Assembly (NCBI GenBank): GCA_053919585.1
Contig: CM132791.1
DNA from: Euprymna scolopes
Lineage: Eukaryota
Direction: 5' to 3' (one strand)
Length of the DNA: 64,000 bases
Made by a program: the position numbers and the translations under genes. The notes beneath the pieces are model-generated. The model searched no databases. It was given only the letters and a program-made list of their open reading frames with translations, and was not told the DNA's origin. This document shows positions 39,325 through 50,200 of the stretch, piece after piece (the stretch's first letter is position 1; each line of letters begins with the position of its first letter).

Positions 39325-40290
39325 TTATATTTTTTCAAAAAAAATGCCAACAATATTGGACATTTTGGAAGGAGAATTGACATTATTAGAATAGTTAGTG
39401 TCACTGACAATATTCCACTTAATATTATTTCTAACAATGCAAGTATAATGCCCAAAATCGACTCTATTCAAAGTGTGCAGAATAGCTGTTTTTACTTTGA
39501 AATTTGTTCCAAAAATATTTTGTTTTTTTGTACTGAAATTCATAATTCCAGCATTAATTCGCCGAGGATTATAATTTTCAAACATAAATCTATTTATTTG
39601 AACACACAAATATTTCATTGCAGTAGGAAACGTTCTAGTGACATTTTCCAAGTGCTCAGTATTTTGCTTACATTTGATACAATGTTTGAGCACTGAAGCA
39701 TCAGTTTTGAGCAAACTTTTAAATTGCTGTCGACCATCAGTAGGATGAAGTTGAATAACTAATCTCTGTGGTATTCCAGCAATCTGCAAGGTTTGGAACC
39801 CACAGCCAACTTTAAAGGTGCAATTACATTCACTATCTTGTAGTCTTTGGCAGTTTTGTTTGTGTATTCTAAGACATTTCATCACTTTACTTTCTTCAAA
39901 AGTGAATAATTGTTTGGCACTGTCAGGGCACTTGTTTATCAAAAATTCCCAAAATGCAATAGCACATTCTTGTTGGCCACTATTAAAAAAAACGCCTCCG
40001 ATTGATTCTCTAAGATCAGCAACACTGTGAGTGCCAGGGACAAGCAATCTTTTTAATTGCTGAATTGGCAAATCAATGTTTGGAATGCTTTTAATGATGT
40101 TAGACAACAAAGGAAGGTGGTAAATTGTCTGAACAATACTGTTAGCAAAACAAGAATTTCTTTCATTGATCAATTTGAGGTCCAAATTATTTTGAGAAAT
40201 TGAATTGTCTATTTTCAGCCATTTTCTATTTGGACTATTATGTTTTTGCTTCAAATCATGATCTATAACGATTGTTTTTTTTTTTTCGTT
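39325..40290 (-). CDS. USP / peptidase C19 (ubiquitin C-terminal hydrolase)-like domain, probably the C-terminus of the transposon polyprotein
   Basis: Uninterrupted reading frame. Cys box LINERNSCFANSIVQ, GQQECAIAFWEFL, CIKC, YLCVQINRF, His box AILH...FGHYTCIVR...WNIVSD. Confidence 0.8.
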   Translation of the reverse strand, partial: NEKKKTIVIDHDLKQKHNSPNRKWLKIDNSISQNNLDLKLINERNSCFANSIVQTIYHLPLLSNIIKSIPNIDLPIQQLKRLLVPGTHSVADLRESIGGVFFNSGQQECAIAFWEFLINKCPDSAKQLFTFEESKVMKCLRIHKQNCQRLQDSECNCTFKVGCGFQTLQIAGIPQRLVIQLHPTDGRQQFKSLLKTDASVLKHCIKCKQNTEHLENVTRTFPTAMKYLCVQINRFMFENYNPRRINAGIMNFSTKKQNIFGTNFKVKTAILHTLNRVDFGHYTCIVRNNIKWNIVSDTNYSNNVNSPSKMSNIVGIFFEKI

Positions 40291-42110
40291 TATAAGTCTG
40301 TTTGTACAATGACAAACTTTGAGGCATAACAGAACAAGGAGGAAGCGGTGGCAAATCAACCCTGTCTCTTTTGGCCCTCAATCTATTATATTCAGTCCAT
40401 GCACTTTTGTTACACATGGTCAATTTATGAGGGTCAAGGTCAATCAAATAGACATTGCACAGCTTTCTAGCACGTGACAAAGCTACATAGGCCATTCCAT
40501 CTGAAAATACATCAGATCCCAAGTCAACAATGATACCATCGACTGAAATACCTTGGGTTTTGTGGACAGTTAAAGCATAGCTGAGTGACAAAGGTATTTG
40601 ATATCTAGTCACAAAGAGTCCAGGAGAAAGTTCATAGTCAGCTTGCACAAATTCAACATTGACTGCATATGATCAAATTTTACAGTCACAGCAACAACTT
40701 CGCCATCTTTCATTTGTATTTCAGTGACTGTACCCATTGTACCATTGCAAAGTCCTTTTTCAATATCAATATTTCGACGCAACATGCATCTAGCACCAAT
40801 TCCAATTTAAAGCACAGTTTCAAGTCCAGCTGTGTCAGAAATCTTTTTAAGGTTAGAAGTTTTTGGTGTCTGTTTTGATTTTTTTTTTTGTTACGGTTTT
40901 TTGTCTTAAGTTGGAATCAGTTGCTGAAATTTCAATGATATGAATATTATTTTTTTTCAACATTTTATAATTCACTTCCTCAGCAGATTCATTTGTGGGT
41001 ATAATGCAAATAATATGCATTTTCTTTTGCAAATTTTGCAAAAGATCAGTAACTTGATCAATATTTGCTTTTTGTTTAGGATTGATTCGATGCCTTTTCA
41101 AGATCTCAATATCCTGATCAGTTGGTGACCCAAGTCTTATTCTGTTAAGAATATTAACAAAGTTTTCATTGTCATCTTTTTGTCGCACATTTATGGTCAA
41201 TTCATCATAATCGAAATATGACCACAAATTTATACCAGCAATTCCCAAATTTGATTTTCTAGCATCTTGAATAGATATTTTGGAAAATACAGGTTTTTCA
41301 TTAACAGGTGGAAGCTGAAATAAATCACCAAATGCAACAATTGACATGTTTGCAAATGGATACACTTGTTTCCTAATATCACCAAAAACATCTTGCAAAC
41401 GTTGGTGAATAAATGCTAATTGCAAGTGACTAACCATGCTTATTTCATCAATAATGAATAATCTCGCATATCCAAGCATGGTTCTCAAACTTTTTATTTT
41501 ATCCTTTGATAATGGTTCATATTTAGGTGTAGAACCATGCTGCACATTTAGTTGAAAGACTCTATGGCATGTAGATCCTTTCAAAATGTAAGCACTGACA
41601 CCAGTAGGAGCACAAATAACTACACTGGGTCCATTGATGGCAGGATATGTGAGAGTAATTTTATCTGCCAGTGCATTGATCAGAAAAGATTTGCCCACAT
41701 CCACAAAACCATTAATAAATTTGAGAATTTGTGGACAATCGTCACAATTGCACCTGTGAATAGGGTTTTCCTCATTCCAATGAAGATTTTGTTGCTCAAG
41801 TTTGGAAATAATTTCATTATAAATTTCTTTTTGAATGAAATTCAATTTTTGCTCATTTTCTAAAACTTGAACTTCAGTGACATGTCTGATTTGAAGCATA
41901 TTCAAATCAGCTTCATTTTTATCTGCCTCTTTAGCCATATTAGGATCGCAATCAATTTGATCATCATCAGCGTTATTTTCATTTTCATAATTTTTAGATT
42001 TTCGCTCTATTTTTTTGCTTATTTCAATAGCATCTTTAATTTTTTTCTTAATACTTTCATAATTTGTCATTTCAGACAAATATGGAGCATTTTGATGTAA
42101 TGATTGCTCA
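40256..42110 (-). pseudogene. PIF1-family SF1B helicase of the Helentron, disrupted
   Basis: Altered Walker A GFVDVGKS, APTGVSA, GSTCH, IIDEISMV, FGDLFQLPPV, ELTINVRQ, LNRIRLG, TAGLETVL*IGIGARCMLRRNID..GLCNG (in-frame stop at about 40808), LSYALTVHKTQG, GMAYVALSR. Frameshifts near 40880 and 40700. Confidence 0.9.
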
Positions 42111-42123
42111 TATGATTTACAGA

Positions 42124-42983
42124 TTACAAATTGGCATATTTTGTTGTAACATAAACCTCAGTGTGAAATTCATTTTCATTTGAAAAGGATTCATTGTAAA
42201 GGTCAGAAATAGTAGCATCCCTGCTAACCTGGTAAATTAACTCACTATATATTGACCAGTCCCCTTCAAGTGTTGCGATGTCATATTTGTTAAGCCATGT
42301 TCCAATCGACAATAATCGATATATTTTTCTGATCACTGTTCTCAGGTGTTGCGAGTGTGGTGACAAGAGTTTCGGCAGGGCCAGCTTGTCCGTGCAATCA
42401 CTTTGGCCACAGCAATAAATTCTATCAGAATGCATACCTTTGCAACTTTGGAAACTATCCAATTTCTTCCTCATTTGAGCAATTGTCAAATTCGGACTCA
42501 AATCAGACAAATTGTTATGCAATCTTTTAGCATATTCCAATTTCTGAGCTGAGTCTGGACAGCCATCTTCGATTCTACACAGACGAGTCATTGATATTCT
42601 GTAGTCACTGTTATTAATTTGATTTTCATTGTGTCGATGAAAATTAGCATCTTTGCGTGACATTTCGAATTTGCAAGTAAATTTAGATGCTTTTTTTCTA
42701 TGTTTATTTTTATATTTGTTATAATATGCTTTTGCACAAATTTTTTCTCTATTTTTTTTATAATACTGGGCCATTTTCGCATGCATTTTTTCTCTATTTT
42801 TATTGAAATATTTTTTATTTGACTCTTTTTGCTTTTTTTATAAGTATCATTAGTTACCGCTTTGAGTTTTTTTTTATAATTCTGAACTCTTTGTTTTATT
42901 TTATCTTTATTTTTTCAATAATATTCAGCTTTTCTAGCTTTTTCAGCAATTTTATCATATACTTTTATATTGCCATCATTCAT
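42124..42983 (-). pseudogene. Lys-rich N-terminal region of the Helentron polyprotein
   Basis: ATG at 42983. One stop and one homopolymer frameshift join it to ORF 42786-42124. Repeated Y(Y/F)xKN(K/R)(D/E)K motifs, then a Cys/His-containing segment. Confidence 0.6.
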
Positions 42984-43764
42984 AATATATTCTTGACAGG
43001 CCACAAAATCACCGCAATACCACATTCACTCCAGGAGGGGTGTCCTACGTAAGTCCCAGGAGTCCTACGTAAGTCCCTTATAGTAAAAATGTTGGTGCGC
43101 ATGCACTAATTGTAACACGCTATTATTTTCTTAATAATATAAAAGAAAATAAGAATTTTATTGACACAGTATTTGTAAACAAACAACAACAAAAAAAATA
43201 GTACGCTTACGTGTTGAAAATAATGCAAGAAAATGTTACATGTAATATTTTACACAAATACTGAACAGTAGCCCTCCCCTCTCTGTCTGTCTGTCTGTCT
43301 GTCTCTCTCCCTCTCTCTGTGTGTTGCTGTTATTATGGTAGTACGAATAGTGGTTTGTTTACGTTGTAGTTGAAAATATATCTTGCATTATTTACAAAAA
43401 GTTGTAAATAATGCAAGAAAATGTTACAGCCAGTTACAAAATTAAAAATGATAATAATATATTCATAATATATTCTTGACAGGCCACAAAATCACCGCAA
43501 TACCACATTCACTCCAGGGGGGGGTCCTACGTAAGTCCCAGGAGTCCTACGTAAGTCCCTTATAGTAAAAATGTTGGTGCGCATGCACTAATTGTAACAC
43601 GCTATTATTTTCTTAATAATATAAAAGAAAGTAAGAATTTTATTGACACAGTATTTGTAAACAAACAACAAAAACAAAAAATAGTACGCTTACGTGTTGA
43701 AAATAATGCAAGAACATGTTACATGTAATATTTTACACAAATACTGAACAGTAGCCCTCCCCTC

Positions 43765-43796
<32 letters not shown>

Positions 43797-44459
43797 CCTC
43801 TCTGTCTGTGTTGCTGTTATTATGGTAGTACGAATAGTGGTTTGTTTACGTTGTAGTTGAAAATATATCTTGCATTATTTACAAAAAGTTGTAAATAATG
43901 CAAGAAAATGTTACAGCCAGTTACAAAATTAAAAATGATAATAATATATTCATAATATATTCTTGACAGGCCACAAAATCACCGCAATACCACATTCACT
44001 CCAGGGGGGGCCTACGTAAGTCCCAGGAGTCCTACGTAAGTCCCTTATAGTAAAAATGTTGGTGCGCATGCACTAATTGTAACACACTATTATTTTCTTA
44101 ATAATATAAAAGAAAGTAAGAATTTTATTTACACAGTATTTGTAAACAAACAACAACAAAAAAATAGTACGCTTACGTGTTGAAAATAATGCAAGAAAAT
44201 GTTACATGTAATATTTTACACAAATACTGAACAGTAGCCCTCCCCTCTCTGTCTGTCTGTCTGTCTCTCTCCCTCTCTCTGTGTGTTGCTGTTATTATGG
44301 TAGTACGAATAGTGGTTTGTTTACGTTGTAGTTGAAAATATATCTTGCATTATTTACAAAAAGTTATAAATAATGCAAGAAAATGTTACAGCCAGTTACA
44401 AAATTAAAAATGATAATAATATATTCATAATATATTCTTGACAGGCCACAAAATCACCG
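42978..44459. repeat. Three near-identical tandem units of 475-487 bp plus the start of a fourth
   Basis: Units start at 42978, 43461, 43948 and 44423 (attcataatatattcttgacaggccacaaaatcaccg). A further partial diverged copy lies at about 44500-44620. Confidence 0.95.
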
Positions 44460-45111
44460 GTAGTAATGTAACGGATAATCAAAACAGGGGAAAAATCAGT
44501 TATGTAATATTTTACACAAATACTGAACAGTAGCCCCCCTCTCTGTCTGTCTGTCTCTCTCTCTCTCTCCCTCTCTCTCTGTGTTGCTGTAATAGTGGTT
44601 TGTTTAGGTTGTCGTGGAAAACTCTGATGAAACTAAAATCCGGCAATTTTTATTTTTTTAATAACGGTATTAGTATCAAAATATCTGAAAATGATATCTT
44701 AAACTAAACAGAAGAATGTCAAGGTAATTATTGTACTATTTCAGAAAATGTTCAATAAGTATGTCTCAAGTAAATTAATTTTTTATTTTTTCTACCGGTA
44801 CCCTACGCTGGATTACACAATAGTAGTCTCTAAGTAACATTTTGTTTGTCTCGCAGTTACTTGCGAGACTAATTTATATATAAACTAACATTAAAAAAAA
44901 CACTAACCTAGTTTTAAAACAAATCAAGAAATTAAATAGAGCACAAACAAAGGAACAGTTCAACCAGAGGCCAAATAGGCATTTGTCTGATAAATGCATG
45001 CTCATTGACTGATAGGAAGGGTCCGGTGGATACTAGAAAGCTGATTAGCTAACTAAAATCTCAATAGAAGAGGAACGTATAAAAACGATAAACAACCATA
45101 GAATTCGCGCA

Positions 45112-45163
45112 TAAGCCTGAAGAGGCCTAAATGGATGAAACGCGGAATATTTAGTGTAGCTTA
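45112..45163 (+). ncRNA. Type I hammerhead-like motif with damaged stem II
   Basis: UAAGC CUGAAGA GGCC uaaau GGAU GAAA CGC ggaauauuua GUG UA^GCUUA. Confidence 0.5.
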
Positions 45164-45186
45164 ATCGCCATATATATTTTAGAAAT

Positions 45187-45270
<84 letters not shown>

Positions 45271-45351
45271 TGAAAGGTACTGCACCTTTACCAATGTTTA
45301 AATCATAGTCATTTATCTTCCCAGTTTTGCGTATAAATTACAAAATATGTA

Positions 45352-45698
45352 ACATTTTCTCCAAAATATCTGGCCTTGATGGAGCAAAAACGAAACTTGG
45401 TGCTATGATTTTAACTTATTTAAATACCTCGGAGTGAGTGATTTGATTTCAAATATATCTGGTATGTTATATATGCCCTCTTTGGTTTTCACACATGAAG
45501 TAAAGTTCACAGCGTATAAAGATTATTTGATACGGGAGGTATTCATAATCGTAATATAGTTTCAAAAAGGGTAGATATAAAAAATGAGAAATATTTGGAA
45601 CCAAGTCTCACTCTCTTTGCTGTTGTTTAAGATTATTTGAAACCATAGTAGCAAGTTTTAATTTCCGCTCCATCAATGCCAGATGTTTTTTAGAAATA
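45352..45698. mobile_element. MITE-like element of about 350 bp with diverged TIRs of about 75 bp
   Basis: The left arm atctggccttgatggagc...aaacttggtgctatgattt mirrors the right arm aaaccatagtagcaagttt...gctccatcaatgccagat. Confidence 0.65.
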
Positions 45699-45706
45699 CA
45701 TATATA

Positions 45707-46436
45707 CTAGCTATATCCGGCCACGCATTGCGGTGGCTTAGTGTAAATCAAAAAGAAATGCCCTTCCCCTCTGAATCCACGCAGGACACCTGTTTTTTTT
45801 CTTTTATCACGATAATCTCATCGATTACAAACGATAATCTCATCGATTACAAACGATAATCTCATCGATTACAAACGATAATCTCGTCGATTAGAAACGA
45901 TAATCTCATCGATTAGAAACGATAATCTCATCGATTACAAACGATAATCTCATCGATTACAAACGATAATCTCATCGATTACAAACGATAATCTCGTCGA
46001 TTACAAACGATAATCTCATCGATTACAAACGATAATCTCGTCGATTACAAACGATAATCTCATCGATTACAAATGATAATCTCATCGATTACAAATGATA
46101 ATTTCATCGATTACAAACGATAATCTCATCGATTACAAACGATAATCTCATCGATTACAAACGATAATCTCATCGATTACAAACGATAATCTCATCGATT
46201 ACAAACGATAATCTCAACGATTACAAACGATAATCTCATCGATTACAAACGATAATCATCATGAGTTAAAAAATAAAATGTTATTTCCATGATTTTTACT
46301 GTTGAGTTTAAATTAAAAAAAAAAACGTTTGGTGAATGTGAAACGGGAATACCGTCGCGCAATAACCGAGAAAATGACTACGCGCCCATCAAACTTAACT
46401 GAAACATGATATGCAATGAAACTTCAATTATTTCTT
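45707..46436 (-). mobile_element. Helitron 3' portion containing a minisatellite (cut by the assembly gap)
   Basis: The minus strand ends gccac-cgcaatgc-gtggc cggatatagCTAG, then T. This is the same terminus type as 57376-57406. Confidence 0.7.
45809..46257 (+). repeat. 22-bp minisatellite, about 20 copies
   Basis: Unit acgataatctcatcgattacaa. Confidence 0.95.
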
Positions 46437-46570
46437 NNNNNNNNNNNNNNNNNNNNNNNNNNNNNNNNNNNNNNNNNNNNNNNNNNNNNNNNNNNNNNNN
46501 NNNNNNNNNNNNNNNNNNNNNNNNNNNNNNNNNNNNNNNNNNNNNNNNNNNNNNNNNNNNNNNNNNNNNN
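46437..46570. other. Assembly gap (134 N)
   Basis: Run of N. Confidence 1.
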
Positions 46571-46603
46571 TCATTTGGACACGCGTTTATCAGGAAAAAA
46601 AGC

Positions 46604-46807
46604 TGATGTAATAGAATGACCTAACATTCATAGATGAAACAAACTATACTGTCTACCGTGACTGAGAGAGAAGAAAAAAAACAGGAAGAGAATAAAACAA
46701 GATGTCGAGTAACTCTTATGTCACATGTATTCCCTTGTAAATAAACTCCTTGAACTTTAACCTATAACCCCGTGTTTCTTGTTGTATTCTTATTTAAGGG
46801 TATAACA
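46604..46807 (+). repeat. 5' LTR
   Basis: tgatgtaatagaatgacctaacat...gtgactgagagagaagaaaaaa...aataaaacaagatg...tataaca, matching 51134 onward. Confidence 0.9.
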
Positions 46808-47249
46808 AATAGCGACAGGATTCAAACTCACAAAAACGGAAATTTAAGCCAAAAATATTGGAAAACAAAGTGAAGAATATACGGCACGGATAAATTCAAC
46901 TTCTGATAAAAAAATCTAAGACACACAAAAAGTAAGTTATATTTTTAATTCAGTCTGTTACGGTCCTACTGAAGAACAACAAAAAAGAGACATTGACGTT
47001 TTACGAAGCATTGAAAGGAACAATTTTTGTATGTGTCCATTTCAAATTTCTTTTGTTTCAGAAGAAGAAAAAATACAGCAGAAAAAAACACGGGTAGGAT
47101 ATGTTTTTAGTGCCAATTTCATGTGTGTTGAAAAACCTTGTCTTCAGAGGTTTTTTTTGTGGTAAAAAAATCCAGTGAATTTATTTAATGCTTTGTGCAG
47201 GTACTGCTAACCTTTTGTTTTATTACTGTATTTACAAACAAAATCTTTA

Positions 47250-50200
47250 ACATGGAACGATTAGCCGAGTTTACGAAAACGATATTGTTAGCATTGGCAG
47301 CGCAGCAAAGTCAGATGGGATTTTTTTTCAAAAAGAGCAGTTAAAACAAAGTGACGTATTAAGACAATATTAATAAAACAAGAAGAAAAGAAGGATTGTC
47401 GATTCACTCCGGAAGGAATTGCAAATTCTCTAACAGAATGTTTATATGATCCAAAGAGTGGCTTAACATTTCCAGCATATTATCGTAGATACGAAAATAT
47501 TTTTTCCAAACGACGAATAAAAAATATTTTACTTTTGCAAAAACTGGGTTCCCATGAAAATACCAAGTATACAAATTTTATACTCCCAAGGAAACCCGAA
47601 ATATTTCTTTTAAAGAGGCTATAGAAACGTTATCAAACATTTTCGAGGAACGGATAGCCACATGCGGGTTATTTAAGTTGAAAGACCTAAAAGAAGACAT
47701 GTTTAAATGCTTGATATTTGTGCAAGGGTTAACATCCTCGAATAATAAAGAGATTCCTTCTAGGATATTGTTCATTATGAACCAAGACATAGAAATAACC
47801 TTACAGAAAGTTACTGAGGAATGCCAGAAATTGTTAAATTTAAAACACGATAATACTAGTATCGAATGGAAAAATGTTGACAAAATACAAAGGGTAAAGC
47901 AAGGTGACCACTATGTAAAAAGATACTGTAAGAAGTGTGCAGGAAAGAATCACTTCACAAAAAAGTGCTACTTCAAAAGCAAAATATGCTAGAAGTGCGG
48001 GCGTAAAGGACACAAGTCAACAGTATGCAAAAAAGAGAAATACTGTAAACCTGAAATAAAGACCATTGATTCTAAAAAAGAGTCCATGTATGGTAAAAAA
48101 AGGAAATATATTGAAGTTAGAATCAATGGCCGGAAAGTAAACTGCCTTTTTGATACTGAAAGTGACATATCTTTAATTGAGGAAACAACATGGAAGAGAA
48201 TTGGTTCTCCAAAGCTGCAAAACACAAAGAAAATTGCCAGAGGAATGTCTGGAAATAGATTAAAATTAAAGGGTGAATTTTATACTAATGTGACCCTGAA
48301 TGAAAAGACGTTAAAAACTAAAATATATGTGATACCCGGAAAAATTCTAATCTATTCGGTATAGATTTGATGATACTTTTCAATTTATGGGAGAAACCAA
48401 TAAACTCATTTTGCAAAAGAGTAAATGTAACAGGATCTGAAAGTCCAAAACTGCAAGGAAGATTTGTTAGGGATTTAAAGAAGGATTTAAAAAATGTATT
48501 TCCTGACGGTGTGGGTTGCTGCACTAAAACGGAAGTGAAATTTGACTGTAAAGTGAAGCTAAACCGGCGTTTATACCAAAAAGGAAGGTTTCGTATTCGG
48601 CATTAGAAACAACCGAGAAAGAATTAAATAGAATCGAAGAAATTGGAGTAATAAAAAGGTGTAGTACTCTGAATGGGCATCGCCCACAGTTTATGTGAAA
48701 AAGAAAAAAAATCAAGGTATGTCGAGATTTTTCGACGGGACTTGATGATTCCTTAAAGGATCATAACTATTCACTCTCTACCCCTTAGGAAATATTTTCT
48801 AAGTTAAATGGAGGAAAACTTTTCACAAACTTGACTTGTCAGAAGCATATTTGCAGGTCACTGTCCACGAAGAGTGTTCTAAATACCTGACAATGAATAT
48901 ATATAAAGGATTATTTTTCCCTAAAACGATTGCTGTTTGGGTTGAAACTAGCACCAAATTTATTCTAACAAAGTACGGATGCCTTGCTAGCAGGCTTGGA
49001 TTTTTCAATGGCTTATTTAGACATTTTGATAAGAAGCAAAAATGTTGAAGGACATTAAAACCATATTCGGAAGGTATTCGAGAAAATAGAAGACTATGGA
49101 TTTAAAGTGGCCCTCGAAAAATGTAATTTTGGTATGGACAAGATTGAATATTTGGGACAAATAATTGATTGGAAATGTAGAAGATCTAACCCAAATAGAA
49201 CCGAAGCAATTAGAGACATTTCTAGACCAGACAATGTAGTGAAGATACAATCATTCTTGGGTCTAGCAAACTACTATAATTCTTATATCCCAAATATGCC
49301 TGAACTAAGAGCACCATTAAATGAATTATTGAAGAAGAATACAACATGGCTCTGGACAAAAGAAAGTGAGGAAGCATTCCAAAAAATTAAAATATGTTTG
49401 TTATCGGATCTAGCGTTAGCACATTACGATCCGAAAAAGGATCTAATTGTAGCGGCAGATTCGAGCGAATACGATTTAGGAGCGATGCTTCTACACAGAA
49501 TGGAAAATGAATCTACTAAACTAATTTCTCACGCCTCAAGGGTTTTATTACCCGCTGAAAGAAAATACAGCCAGATCGAAAAAGTGGGTCTGGCGATTGT
49601 GTATACCATGAGAGAATTTCATAGATTCATTCATAGAAGATCTTTCGTCTTCGAAACGGACCATAAACCATTACTATCGATTTTTTGTTCGAAAAAAGGG
49701 ATTCCTAATCTTACGGCAAATAGGTTACAGAGATGGAGTATTATTTAGCTCAATTACGATTTCAAAATGAAACACCTAGCATCTAGTAAAATTGCAGATG
49801 GTTTGTTGACATCCATCCCCAGTAAAACTGCATTTGAAGAAACTGTTATAGCAGCACTAAAAGAAGAAAATGAACTGACATATATATTAATAAATACTTC
49901 CGGTTACACTTGATGAAATAAAGAAAGCAACGAAAACAAACAAATATATTCATAAAATAAAATAAAAAACAAGTTGTACAATACGATAACAATAGAAAAG
50001 GATTAAAAGTGTTTCCATATTCTGTGTGATGAAACCCTCATGTACGCAGACAGAGTGGTAACACCGGATGTATTACAAAAGAAAATCCTAAAGGAATTCC
50101 ACATGGGGCATCCTGGAATCTCCAGAATTAAGGCCGTAATGAGAGGATTCACATACTGGCCTGGAATTTAACAGGACATTGAGGAAATGGTCAAATTATG

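Larger units (their letters stand above)
38500..44880 (-). mobile_element. Helentron/Helitron2-like rolling-circle transposon, internally deleted, encoding PIF1 helicase plus a USP-like protease
   Basis: Basic N-terminal ORF, PIF1 helicase with a VALSR...EYNRLR C-terminus, USP domain, tandemly repeated 5' region with a (CTGT)n tract, and an inverted-repeat/hairpin structure at 44824-44871. The 3' terminus was not located, so the left boundary is a minimum. Confidence 0.75.

Noticed and set aside
39325-40359. Secreted protein with signal peptide MICHRFLLVLLCLKVCHC
   Set aside because: This N-terminus is an alternative frame of the helicase tail upstream of the poly-A slip, so it is probably not a real start.
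40256-42079. Host PIF1 helicase gene
   Set aside because: Intronless and disrupted, with an altered Walker A, and embedded in transposon-like repeats and termini.
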